In this document: piece by piece, positions 10,501 through 22,149 of the stretch
Position numbering within the stretch: position 1 is the stretch's first letter
How the letters are laid out: each line of letters opens with the position of its first letter
DNA from: Phoronis australis
Taxonomy: Eukaryota > Animalia > Phoronida
Assembly (NCBI GenBank): GCA_002633005.1
Contig: NMRA01000150.1
Location: 437,707-501,706, forward strand
DNA: 64,000 bases
Direction: 5' to 3'
The notes under the pieces: generated by a model
Databases searched by the model: none
The model's input: the letters and a program-made list of their open reading frames with translations, nothing else
What the model was told of the DNA's origin: nothing
Translations under genes and position numbers: made by a program

Positions 10501-13500
10501 GCTACTTTGGTGTGTTACAGAGCAATTATCGCATTAACAATGCACACAGGGCAACAAAATGATGGTGGAAATAAAACAAATTGTCAACTATTTTAACATG
10601 TTTGACTTCTGAAATTGAATTCCTCATGAAAAGTTAATGGAGAATAGTTTTTTCACTGAAGAAATACAATAAAAAGAAGAAAAACGATGCGATGGGTTTT
10701 TATATCTTGACAACAGTTTTGAGTTGATGTGTGTTTACCTTAATGTATTCATTCAGCATGGTAGATAATTGGCATTTGCCTCGTGACATCCGGCAAAAGA
10801 ACAAGCCTGGCACTTGACAAAAGAAAGATTAATATCAGGCCTCTAAAAACCAGTGTCATCTTGAATACAGACTAATGTTGTAATTCACCTGTTTTTAGCA
10901 CCGTGAGAGCATGGACATACCGGTAGTTTGTACATCTATGTGTCCAATAAGTAAGTGTCCAGTGTGTATGCGTCCAGTGAGTATGCGTAAAGTGAGTATG
11001 CGTACAGTGAGTATTCGTACAGTGAGTATGCGTACAATATGTTTACAGTGAGTATGCGTCCAGTGAGTATGTATGTGTACAGTTAGTATGTTTACAGTTA
11101 GTATGTGTACAGTCAGTAAGTATGTGTACAGCCAGTATGTGCACAGTGAGTATGTGTACAGTGAGTATGTGTACAGTGAGTATGTGTGCAGCACGCATGT
11201 GTCCAGTAAGTATGTGTACAGTAAGTATGTGTACAGTGAGTATATGTATAGTATGTATGTGTACAGTGAGTATGCATACAGTGAGTATGTGTCCAGTAAG
11301 TATGCGTACAGTATGTGTACACTAAGTATGTGTCCAGTAAATATGTGTCCAGTAAAAAATACCTAACAATTTGTTTTACCAATTTTTGTTGTAAAGTAAG
11401 AGAACACTGTTTCGTGAAAATTTGTTTGTCAGAATACAAAGTCACAAAATTGTGATTTAAGTAGTGCAGATTCATTAGCACTATCTGGTGACACAGACGA
11501 TGCAGGACCAGTTTTTCAGAATTAATCAGTCAGCTTGATGAGTTTCACAACTACATGTTGCTTGAAAATGAGCGTTCACTGGGTACTACTAGTACATAAA
11601 GGAACCTAGCCATGGAAATGAAAGCAATCACTTGGGAATTTTCCCATTAATGCCCTCTTTTTGATGAAGTGGTTTCTGTCCTCAGTCTATGTATATCTTA
11701 ACAAGAGGCACCTTTAACCATTGGCATTACCTAGTGAATATCTAGGCTGTCATTGGCAATCTACTGAACTCTAACACTTGAGTAAGTGTGACTAAAACAT
11801 GACTGTCTGTGTTTGTAGCCTGGCTCCAGTGTAGCTGAAGGCAGTATATACTATTCAATGAAAGTTGTTTACTTGGACAAAGGAATTCATGGGTAAGTTA
11901 AACGGTGCATACTGCTAAACATTTCTCTTTATAGTGTTCATGGTCACATTTGCCTCTACTTTTAGTTACAAAGTGAGAGCGATCTGCTATCTAGGGGTAC
12001 ATATAACTTTAAATACAATAATACAATTCTAGTATTCAAGGCCATAATCCATAAGTGCAACAGTAATAATGATAATAATAGTAATGATATTAATACGCTG
12101 GTTGATGTACAATCATTTCTTTATGCATTGACCATTGCCAATATTTTTTCTGTATAAATCTATCATTAGTATGCTGAACAGACCTGTACAAAATGATATC
12201 AATAGTTGTTTGGACAAAAAGCCCCACACAACCAGAATAAGCAATATTATTATACCCAACATAAGTCATGAGTTGCACTTTGAACTTTTGTCAAAGACTA
12301 TGAATTTCAATCTGTCGTCATACCAGACAGTTATATTCTCCATTTTAGGTATGACCATGTTGACAAGTGTATACATGTTAAGGCTTTGTATGACCTTGTT
12401 GACAAGTGTGTACATATTAAGGCTTCACCTCAGCTACGTAGTATATTCATTCTTCCTTTTGTGCATTCCTTTTATTTGATGAACTTGTATAATATTTGGA
12501 ACGTGACTCACTTCACTCTACAAGTGTTCGGTCAAGTAACTGGGCAACAGTCCTTACTGTAAACAAAATTTATGTTGACAAAAATAGTCAGTGATGTTCG
12601 GTCGAACTCTCTGTACCTTTGATGCTCATTCGCATTGCAACAATTAAGCAGACGAAGTTGTGACATCAACAAATTTTTTCTTCTAGTGTTTATCATATAT
12701 ATTTCTTAAATTCCATTTTGCAAATCCTATTATTTCTTTAAGTGATTTAACACTTAAAAATAGTTGTATTTGTGATATGTGTATGTGGGCAGCAGGCCTA
12801 CCTACTGGAATAAACTGATATAATGCCGGTCATTGCTTCTTTAAGGTTGTTTGTGGGCGGCAGGCCTACCTACTGGAATAAACTGATATAATGCCGGTCA
12901 TTGCTTCTTTAAGGTTGTTTGTGGGCGGCAGGCCTACCTACTGGAATAAACTGATATAATGCCGGTCATTGCTTCTTTAAGGTTGTTTGTGGGCGGCAGG
13001 CCTACCTACTGGAATAAACTGATATAATGCCGGTCATTGCTTCTTTAAGGTTGTTTGTGGGCGGCAGGCCTACCTACTGGAATAAACTGATATAATGCCG
13101 GTCATTGCTTCTTTAAGGTTGTTTGTGGGCGGCAGGCCTACCTACTGGAATAAACTGATATAATGCCGGTCATTGCTTCTTTAAGGTTGTTTGTGGGCGA
13201 CAGGCCTACCTACTGGAATAAACTGATATAATGCCGGTCATTGCTTCTTTAAGGTTGTTTGTGGGCGACAGGCCTACCTACTGGAATAAACTGATATAAT
13301 GCCGGTCATTGCTTCTTTAAGGTTGTTTGTGGGCGGCAGGCCTACCTACTGGAATAAACTGATATAATGCCGGTCATTGCTTCTTTAAGGTTGTTTGTGG
13401 GCCACAGGCCTACCTACTGGAATAAACTGATATAATGCCGGTCATTGCTTCTTTAAGGTTGTTTGTGGGCGGCAGGCCTACCTACTGGAATAAACTGATA

Positions 13501-13718
13501 TAATGCCGGTCATTGTTTCTTTAAGATTGTTTGTGGCCGACAAGCCTACCCTACTGAAATAAACTGATATAATGTCGTACATTGTTTCTTTAAGGTTGTT
13601 TGCTGGCGTTGTACCTCGAGTTTTGTGGATCTCCATTGGAGGATTTGTCTTCTTGGGCATCTACGAGAAAATTAAAGATTTAATGATGGGGGTGTCTTCA
13701 AACAGAGGTACCAGATGA
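1576..13718 (+). CDS. SLC25A26: Mitochondrial S-adenosylmethionine carrier (SAMC), 280 aa, 9 coding exons
   Basis: Exons 1576-1617, 5040-5196, 5460-5572, 6496-6600, 7652-7744, 7987-8056, 9490-9554, 11819-11892, 13595-13718. All introns are GT-AG and the exons sum to 843 nt in one frame. Protein [39 protein letters not shown]...VRVPTEVIKQRAQ...TTPLDVAKTRIMLA...GLFAGVVPRVLWISIGGFVFLGIYE has three Px(D/E)xx(K/R)xR carrier motifs and is collinear with SAMC/PET8 as I recall it. Confidence 0.96.
1796..2081. mobile_element. Foldback MITE (long imperfect inverted repeat)
   Basis: Left arm aaacaaatactccctgcattatcaaactttt...taactgaccatttttaacactgca mirrors right arm tgcagtgtaaaaatggtcagtta...aaagtttgataatgctgggagtatttgttt; short central spacer. 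Confidence 0.75.
2304..2889 (+). mobile_element. TRIM (miniature non-autonomous LTR retrotransposon) with tRNA-derived LTRs (Helenus-like)
   Basis: 156-bp LTRs at 2304-2459 and 2734-2889 (TGTTGTGA...TACGACA, about 13 mismatches). PBS TGGCGTAGTCGGCA at 2462 is complementary to the tRNA-Ser 3' end. PPT AGGAAAGGGGG at 2722-2732. 4-bp TSD GATG at 2300-2303 and 2890-2893. No coding capacity. Confidence 0.88.
2800..2871 (+). pseudogene. tRNA-Asn(GTT)-like sequence inside the TRIM LTR (further copies at ~2370-2441 and ~3966-4037)
   Basis: A box TAGCTCAATGG (2806-2816), anticodon-loop-like CGGTTAA, B box GGTTCGATTCC (2849-2859). The acceptor stem pairs poorly, so this is not a functional tRNA. Confidence 0.75.
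3140..3375. mobile_element. Foldback MITE (second copy ~4425-4660 in the duplicated segment)
   Basis: Arms cacttctggtgggaggctgctagcagtctttcag...cagggatgagcacc.gattgggt and acccaatctaggtgctcatccctg...ctgaaagcctgtcagcagtctccactaggagt are reverse complements with mismatches. Confidence 0.7.
6620..6810. repeat. ~43-bp tandem repeat, 4-5 copies
   Basis: Unit ccaagcattgacctttatcagtgttgagcttgcaacaatttaa, just downstream of the exon 4 donor. Confidence 0.8.
8150..8560. repeat. ~45-bp minisatellite, ~9 copies
   Basis: Unit ctaactgggtgttttgtaccatgcaagctggtgggctcagaggcc. Confidence 0.9.
9074..9360 (+). mobile_element. Penelope-like element 3' fragment (end of GIY-YIG endonuclease)
   Basis: Translation HHQICDEDFNILSLHLEKWKCRI*EAIEIQAHRPGLNRDPGLNLPAVYSDLL matches the R..(K)EAIEI...LNRD.G..LP.VY..LL terminus typical of Penelope ORFs; one internal stop. 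Confidence 0.75.
9632..10257. repeat. 52-bp minisatellite, 12 copies
   Basis: Unit gttccccactcatccgagatctatgtccatgttctcatgtcccctgatggct, head-to-tail with no unique spacers. Confidence 0.95.
10935..11352. repeat. ~15-bp tandem repeat (cagtgagtatgtgta), rich in GTRAGTAT motifs
   Basis: About 27 degenerate units; produces the spurious YSEYV/CTVSM/HTH ORFs in the track. Confidence 0.9.
12785..13602. repeat. 68-bp minisatellite, 12 units, each containing the exon 9 branch point, polypyrimidine tract, AG and first exon bases
   Basis: Unit gtgggcggcaggcctacctactggaataaactgatataatgccggtcattgcttctttaag|gttgttt. First AG at 12844-12845; true acceptor AG at 13593-13594. Confidence 0.95.
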
Positions 13719-14899
13719 TTACGGAGTATATGTAGTCATTTGCATTTTATGCCAAGTTTAAATTCGCAGAAATACAGTACCCCCTGGAAGAAGCTGACGC
13801 CTCTTATTTGGGAGTCTTTTGTCAATTACACCCTGTTGTTAGACTGGTCGACTTTAAGCTCCTCAGCGTCTTATACGAAGCACAATTCAACAGATAAAAT
13901 ATATACCGTGTCTGAGGCAACTGTTCAGATCAGCTGCAGTTGCGTAATGTTTGGTTCTGCAGGGAGGAAAACTACTCTTCTTTAAGTTTACTGAGGGGAG
14001 ACAACTGCCTCATTTTGTGAGAGGCTGTACTTCTTGCTGAGATCCATTTTGTATAGACTGCGTATCATTGTCCTGGGCTTCCCTCTTATGATTGAGAAGA
14101 GTTTTGTTCTTAATCATGTGTCTAATTGACATCCCCTTTAATGATTGAGAAGTTTTGTTCTTTATCATGTGTTTAGGTGACAAAGAGTGCTGGTACTTTT
14201 ATTTGTTAATTCACAAGTCCTCATTTGTTTTGTCTTTTTGTGGTAATTCGCCAAGGCAACTTTATATTGCGAGGTTTGTTTTAAAACTTTTTCTTGAGAT
14301 TTTCTACATTCCTAGTTTTTTAATGTGATGCAATATAATTGATATTAAAGTGGGTGCAATACCTATACTGCAAGGTAGGCCCATGTGCTGTGCATGCAAC
14401 TGTGCAAGCCTGTCTGCGTAAAACTGAAGTAAAACCAAGCAGCACATTATAGTTCATTTGAGTGGAAATCAACATTTCAGTCTTAAATGGGAGATGTTGG
14501 CATGTTTCCAGTTTAAAATTGACTAGGTCATTGAAAAAGACCACGGATAGCAACAAATGCACTCAAGAACATGTGATACATAAAGTTAACACACCAACAC
14601 CTGGTTGTAGGAAACACTCTCAATAGGGGGAGCAACTGTGCCTTGTATTCTCAGTGCATTTGAAGACTGTTTGCTCACTGATGTTGTTTTGCGAGTTCCT
14701 CTTTTACTTGTTACGTTTTCTATTAATACACCTGAAAAGTGTGCTATTGTTTCAATTAGGGATATTGCTTATTATTATTATTCAATTAGGAATAGTGCTT
14801 ATTTTGAATAATGTTAAGAATTCAACATAGTTTTAGTGTCACTGTTTGTCAAAGCTGACGAAGCAGTGAAGATAAAATAGCATAAGGAAGGATAATCAG

Positions 14900-15005
14900 T
14901 GTTTGCACAAAGTTCAAAAATGCACTGAATATTCAGTGCACAAAGTTCACAAATGCACTGAATATTCAGTGCACAAAGTTCACAAATGCACTGAATATTC
15001 AGGGA
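14900..15005. repeat. 30-bp tandem repeat, ~3 copies
   Basis: Unit tgcacaaagttcacaaatgcactgaatattcag. Confidence 0.8.
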
Positions 15006-15924
15006 ACACAGTTGACTTGTTAGTGACACTATTTCATGAGGTACTAAGCAAGTCTTGCTAACAAGGTTTTTGAATGCATTATTTAGAATATTGAACTGTT
15101 ACTTAGTGTATACTTATGGTGCAGCAGATAATCTTACCATTTTCACCTGTTTTACCTGTTATTGTTATCATAGCATTTATTTTCAGTGAGAAACGGTTAT
15201 GGAGGAGTGTGAGATAGTTTGAGGTAAATTTGTTCAAACAACATTTACCAGACTTTATTTGCTGTAAATGTCATTTTTGCTTGATGTTTCAAAGGTGCTA
15301 CATAGTGACATTCTTTTTGGATTTTTTTTTTAAATTTGCAACAATTACCGTTTTAACATTGTTATTGACTTCATAACTGTCATTTCTGACAATATCACAC
15401 TCCTGCATAGATCTCTCCTGTGTACCTAGGTAGTACACCAGCACCCCTAACAATGGCTCTGGTGCATTTTCTTTTTTATTGACCTATACATTCTGTATTG
15501 TTACGGATATTGTTTGTTTTTTTGTTGTAAATCGGGACAAATATTAGTGGTTCCAAACTGTGAACAGTGTGTATCTCTATGCCAGTCATGCAATGTAAGT
15601 ACTATATTACTAGACTACTTCCTGATGTATGGCACTGCGTGGGAATAATATGCTATACATTGCACTTGACATAAAGTTGAACAAATGCACTTTAAGAAAG
15701 CAAGTGTGTTTTATAAGTCTCACCTAACCTTTTAAAAATAAACTTTCAACCCAGCCCTTGTTTGGCTCAAAACACAACCAATTTTTTAGGTTTTTCTAAT
15801 TTAACACCCAAGTATCAGCACAGGCGGATGCTAAATATAAAACTGGATCAAAACCACAGTAAAATACAAATTTCGGACCAAAACTGTGCTCAATTCATTG
15901 TTCAAAGGCTACTAGTATTGTGAC

Positions 15925-16275
15925 TGAACACTGTAGGAATGAGCACAGTTCCTCAAAACACTGTCCAGTATTAGGAATGAACAAAGTTCCTCAAAACACC
16001 ATACAGTATTAGGAATGACCACAGTTCCTCAAAACACCATACAGTATTAGGAAGGAACACAGTACCTCAAAACACCATACAATATTAGGAATGAACACAG
16101 TTCCTCAAAACACTGTCCAGTACTAGGAATGAGCAGAGTTCCTCAAGACACCATACAGTATTAGGAATGAACACAGTTCCTCAAAACACCATACAGCATT
16201 AGGAATGAACACAGTTCCTCAAAACCCTGTCCAGTATTAGGAATGAACAAAGTTCCTCAAATCACTTTCCAGTAT
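15925..16275. repeat. 38-bp minisatellite, ~9 copies, between the convergent 3' ends of SLC25A26 and the CD225 gene
   Basis: Unit ttaggaatgaacacagttcctcaaaacaccatacagta. Confidence 0.9.
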
Positions 16276-16881
16276 TGTGGCATACAAATGAAAACTGAAT
16301 ACCGGTAGCCTTTATTTTGTGCTACTTTTATGAAAACATAAAATTTCACTTGTCCGCTATATCGTTCTTTAAATTAATGAGACTACAGTATTGTCAATCA
16401 AGCATGGCACACTATTGTCAATCAAGCATGACAGTTTTTAGCAGTTCTGGTAAGAATGCACGTTTTGAACCAGGAAAACCAATGAAATTGTAGACAACGA
16501 TTTATTTTAGTCAATTAAAGTATATCACAGACATCTTAACTTAACACAATAAAATATATAACTAAACAGTCAAGTATTTTGTAAGGGTTAGAAATAACTG
16601 CACAAGACAATGTTAGTGCAATCAAAACAAAAATCAATTTTGTCTAGGGCTATGATGATCCCTACAATAGATTATACACATCTGAATATACGCAATCATT
16701 CACTCTAATAATTCAAAAATAACCTTAAGTTATACCCCATTATGGTAGATGTTACAATTCTACTTATACACAACTGAATATGCACAATCATTCACTTTAA
16801 TAATTCAAAAATAACCTTCAAGTTATACCCCATTATGGTAGATGTTACAATTCCACTTACTCTGTGTGTAAGCCTGATTGT

Positions 16882-18911
16882 TTAGTTGCTTAACATAGGC
16901 AACAGGTACAATCCAATGTACAGACCTACACCCACGAACACCAACAACATGAAGCCGATACCGACCCCCAGCGCCCAGTGTGAGAGGGTACGTGCCTTCT
17001 CGCCACTTTCTATTGCTCTGGTCATATTTCCCATTGTGTACTCTCGCTGGCTCTCCAAAGCCTTGATGATGGCGAAAGCTCCAATTGGCCAACAGCAGCA
17101 GAAGGTAACAAAGATGGCGTAAGCCAAGTTATTTGGTGGCGGTGGTGATACCGGACCAGCTACGTATACCACATGGGATGAAGACGGCTGCTGCATGTGC
17201 ACATAGGGTTCACCAGCCCCTGTGGTTAGGGGGTAACTGGGTGGTGGGCCATTAGTCTTGTTGTCAAGTGGATAGTCTACACAAGAACAAAAAAGTAAAT
17301 AAATTGAGAGCACAGTAATATGGTCCAGCAACACTCACATTGCTGCAAGTAACTTTTTAGCATACCTTTGGAGCTTGTCTATGTCTTGAAATCCTTCCAA
17401 CTCGGACAAATACTTTCATTGGTAATTAAGATTTCTTTCCAATACGGTAGGTTAATCTTGTAAGTAAATGTACAGTGGTTTGCTGAATAAGACTAGTCTT
17501 AAAATATCTTTGTTTACCCAAACCTGACCGTACTTTTAAAAGGATACCAAACCCGGTTTTGGAGTATTAACAGATACTAAAAACGACACTCCCATCCAGT
17601 TCTCTGAAACAACGTAATGCTCTGTAGCCCTCAACAACCCTCAAAAGTTTGGAGGAAAATCTGAAACCTCCTTTCAAAGGCTGCTAAATGGACAAGCGTG
17701 ACATACGCTTTTAGTGAATTACATGGCAACTGTGGGAAAATACCACTCACTATAATGTCTTATCTGTGGCATAGGGAGTATGAGTTTTTAGTCGATTTTT
17801 GCCTTTGACTTGGAAGATTGATGACAATGATGCATTAGCATATGATAGAACGAGGATTGGTGGAAATTATCAAAACAAGGTTTAGTATCCGTTTAACATC
17901 TAGGAAGGTAGGTAAGTAATTTCTTCATACTTCATAAATTCTGAGCTTTTTGAACTTTTGTTTTTTTTCACTTTTGGAAGAAGTTGCTTCAATCGCCATG
18001 ATTAAGGTGAATCACAAAGTCTTATCACCTTTTGGGACAGCTCTATCTGGTGGTAATTGGGGAACCACAAGATTTGAGTAGTTGTTGTTTTGTACTCACT
18101 GATTGGTTCTTCTTGGAGTTGCATCTATTATTTTTCAACCAATGAGCGACGTACTTTTAAACTTCTTTGAAAGCTTAACTGGATAAACACTTAGCAATTT
18201 TGTAGCTGTGTGAAGGATTTTTGTCATTTTTTGTGACAGACAATGAACCAAGTTGCCGGAAAGGATTAGTTCTCCATCATCAATTGAGTAAAAAATGGTT
18301 ACAGCAATTTTACATAGCTATAAATAAAAAGTCAAGTAATTTCGTGAATAAAAATTTTTAAGTCAGCCAGTTTTTCGCGGGTCAGTCGAGTTCGGGGAGT
18401 CAAACTCTAATTTTATTTAGGCCTTAGGAGGTTTATATTACAAATACATCTATAACTTACAACTTACCTGGGTGTACCTGGTTTACTTTGTAATGAGGTA
18501 CGTTACTTCTCCAACTAACAACTTTCAGGAGCACACCTGGTTTACTTTGTAATGAGGTACATTAATTACTTCTCCAACTAACAGCTTTCAGGAGCACACC
18601 TGGTTTACTTTGTAATGAGGTACATTACTTCTCCAACTAACAACTTTCAGGAGCACACCTGGTTTACTTTGTAATGAGGTACATTACTTTTCCAGCTAAC
18701 AACTTTCAGGAGCACACCTGGCTTACTGTGCAAGGAGGTATACATTACAAGTACATCTATAACTTACAAATTACCTGAGTGCACCTGGTTTACTTTGTAA
18801 TGAGGTATACATTACAAGTACATCTATAACTAACAACTTACCTGAGTACATCTGGTTTGTTGCGTAAGGAGGCGGATTCTCAAACTGTTGTGCTTCTGCT
18901 TGCTTTGACAT
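16882..18911 (-). CDS. CD225/dispanin family membrane protein (PRRT1/TMEM233/IFITM-like), 154 aa
   Basis: Exons 18911-18842 (MSKQAEAQQFENPPPYATNQMYS, CAG|GTAAGT) and 17276-16882 (ttgtgtag|). Pro-rich N-terminus, then PPPNNLAYAIFVTFCCCWPIGAFAIIKA...GNMTRAIESGEKARTLSHWALGVG (CD225 signature) and a C-terminal TM helix. A possible upstream non-coding exon has a donor near 20950. Confidence 0.9.
17537..17895. mobile_element. TTAA-flanked non-autonomous element (Kolobok-like), family copy 1, nested in an older MITE ending ...tttaggcctta (~18426)
   Basis: ttaa-aaggataccaaaccc...ggtttagtatccgt-ttaa. The same sequence occurs in the opposite orientation at 23597-23947 and 57255-57687. Confidence 0.75.
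18437..18870. repeat. ~60-67-bp tandem repeat, ~7 units, derived from the CD225 exon end plus 5' splice site
   Basis: On the minus strand units read cctcattacaaagtaaaccaggtgcactcag|gtaa, versus the true exon end cctccttacgcaacaaaccagatgtactcag|gtaagt. Confidence 0.8.
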
Positions 18912-18949
18912 TACTCAACACTGAAGAAAAACTTGCTTATCAATTACTT

Positions 18950-19290
18950 TGTCAACACATCACAACATATTCAACTAGACATTATGTGTACTGACAACAC
19001 ATCGCAACATATAGGACCAGAAATTATGTATATTGACAACAACAAATAGACAATATGTGTATTGACAAGCATCAGAACATATAGGACCATTATGCATATT
19101 GACAAGGAATCACAACATATAGGACTAGACATTGTGTGTATTGACAACACATCACAATATATAGGACTAGACATTATGTGTACTGACAACACATCACAAT
19201 ATATAGGACTAGACATTGTGTGTATTGATGACGCACCCCAACATTGTAATGTACTGTTTACACCAAAGCAGCTACATGTTATGTATTAAC
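18950..19290. repeat. 42-bp minisatellite, ~7 degenerate copies
   Basis: Unit acaacacatcacaatatataggactagacattatgtgtactg. Confidence 0.8.
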
Positions 19291-22149
19291 ACGAATACTT
19301 AATACTACAAATTTTTTAAAAGTTATTTGTTACAGCAAGTGTAGACTAAAGCACATTATATTCTGTTATTTTCTAAACTGTTCAGACCAACTGGTTAAAA
19401 TGTTAATTAAGGTTACATCAGTCTCCTTTCATCACTGGTAAGGAGCTTGCGACGCACGTATCATTTATCTATTATCCGGGACATATGTCGATCATAAAAA
19501 TGTACTGTGAAAGAGATATTTAACACCTGGTTTAGTTGATGTGATCAAAACATAACACTACAGACACTATGTGTACTGGCAACACATCATGATAAGATGG
19601 AAATTCCCAGTCAAGGCAATTAAGTGGTTTCACTTTCTAAACTAAAGACAAAATGTCTAACACTTAAAATTTTATTACAAGACTAGAATACCGTATCAAG
19701 GTCATACAAAAACAAAAGTTCAAATACACTAAGCCGAGATGTAAATTCTCTGTGATATCGGTATCAGAAAGATTCTTCAAACAGATCTTTAACTTCTTTT
19801 CCATGAGAGTGGTTTTCTAAGAAAATTATGGGAAAACCCACAGAATGGCGTCATGAGTCATACTACCAGCTGCTGTGTTGCTGCTTAAGCGTACGAAATT
19901 CCACGACTACATGAATATTTTGATCATGATTGTGACCTAGGATTTGTAAAGACAATATCTTCATTGTCTGATGCTAATTAGCATAATGTTAACTGGTCAA
20001 ATGCTACCTGGCAAAAATTTAAAGTCTCTAAACAGAAACTTGACAAAGCTCATTGATGTGAGCTGTAAATAACCTGAAGTGAAGAACTCTGGTGAACTAA
20101 GCAAATGTTCATCAGCGTACCAAAGATCGCAGCATTTTCCTGGATGTAAAATGACCACCGGGCTGTTATGATTTTGTTGAACAATTCTGACTTTAATTGA
20201 TGTAGATTTTGAGTGTCTGCTCAGATGGTGGCGTGGCAACTTCTGGCGAAGCAAAATCTCAGTGAGGTATTAGCGAGCTATAGATCTTCAAATCAGCCCA
20301 TCCTTGTTGTGAGGAATTAAATAAATAAAAATGTTGGAAGGGAATCGTTAAAATCGATTTCAAAGCTGTACAGTATGAATTGAAAACTCTACGCGGCTGC
20401 GCAGAAATAAAAAAATGGTCGTGAATCTTGGCAATATAGCTACCACTGGATAATAAATAGCCTACATGACTGCCGAAATTGCAATTATTTTTGTTTCATT
20501 TTTGCATTAAATATGCAAATTATAGGTCACTTGATAAGGAAAAGTTGTGGTCTTAAGAAAACGCGATTGTCAATGGACGATTTAGGCAAGAGTAAGACTA
20601 AGAGAACAAAGAACATGTAGGCTGCGTAGTCAGTATCCTGCACAAAAACCGGAATTTATTGACACAGGTCGTAAGCCTGAACTTGTTTACAGGAGTGGAG
20701 ATTGCTCCATTGCATTACAGATCACACAACTATAGTCTATGACCGTAATCACTGATTGCAGTACGATGGTGCGAGAATGTTCACGTATAGGACTACCTGA
20801 TTCCAGGACTTCTTACTCTTAGTAACCTACCTATTCAACCGACCATCGATCGTCATCGATTTTCACATCTGGTACACACATAAACTAGAACCACACTCAC
20901 AACCTCGTCCTAACCTGAATAAGGACAAATGGTGGACATTAATATCTTACCTCACAAGAAGATAAGAATAGAAAATTAGATGAGACGTGAATCTGTACAT
21001 AAATATTTACCCGATTATTTGCGCCAAAAACAAGTGCGTCACCTTTGATTGACTGCTGATTATCGACACTTTGACGGTAGCGCCGTCTATTTGTTGAGCC
21101 GTGAGTTGATGGTCTTGATCAAAGGCCAGTCACTGGCAGCATAGATTATATAGTCTATGCTGGCAGCTAGCTGTATGAAGATCGTCAAAATACAGCTAGG
21201 TACCACTCTGCACAGGCGCTTGAGTTTATCTGTTCCTCGTTCGCTAGTGACGTCACTCATTACTAAGAAAACCATAGACAAAGATGTCAATGAAGAAAAC
21301 ATAACAAGGCTATGCAGAAGATCGCTCCACAGCAGCAGTAGAACTGAAGTGGAATGCCATTTTTTCCAACACCCTTAAATAATCTACTTTACTCAAGGAA
21401 TACTGTAGTTTTTAATGATACTAATTTTGTGTCAGATTTTATCTTGCCACTTTTTTACCCACATCGGTTCAAAGCTGTATAATCAGTATACAGCTTTGTA
21501 CCAAGGCTGTGTCAAAAGCCCAAGTCGGGGGGTGCCACATTTTAAGAACATTCAGTGGAGAAAACTGCTGATGCGGCCACGTTGTGCTGTGCGTGAAGTT
21601 GAAATCCTGCTTTTATGCAATCTTGAGATTAAAATCTCAAGATTGCATATTCCTGAGCTCGGAATCAAATAATCATAAAAGCAATCAAGTGAATTTTTTG
21701 GTTAGTGTAAAGAATGTTTGTAATTGCTAGCCTCACAATCGCCCACTTTCTCTTTCACAGGAACAACTGTGTCACAGAATCGAAGGAATGTGTGAATGGT
21801 TATGCAATTGTTTGGCGAATAAGGTAGGTTGAAAAATCCAATAAAGGTTGGTTCATGTACATAAGTTTATCAATATGTAATTTAGTCTACTAAGTGTAGT
21901 GAAGTGCCCGGAATTTGTTTGAACGAGAACGCGATAAGAACCAGAACTGCTCCCTAGTTTGAGTGACCTCGCCAAATTCCCTTTTGTATCCAAAGTTCAC
22001 GCTACAGGTCTAGCCGACTCACCGGCCAGAGACCACCAAGATCTTGTCATCTTCACTATTATCCACTGTTAATTAAAATGGCAGCAGCTCAGTGAATTAG
22101 TGATTGGTCGGCGCGCCGAGATCGATAGATAGAATGTTAATGAGAGGTC

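Noticed and set aside
10895-11481. His/Thr/Tyr/Cys-rich ORFs (also 8010-8598, 26719-27053, 47197-47558, 51915-52232)
   Set aside because: Translations of minisatellites that stay open in several frames.
9632-16275. Regular repeat arrays (52, 68, 38 bp) as CRISPR arrays
   Set aside because: Head-to-tail units with no unique spacers, no cas genes, and a eukaryotic intronic or intergenic context.
19997-21672. Short ORFs upstream of the CD225 gene
   Set aside because: No domain signatures or consistent splice structure.
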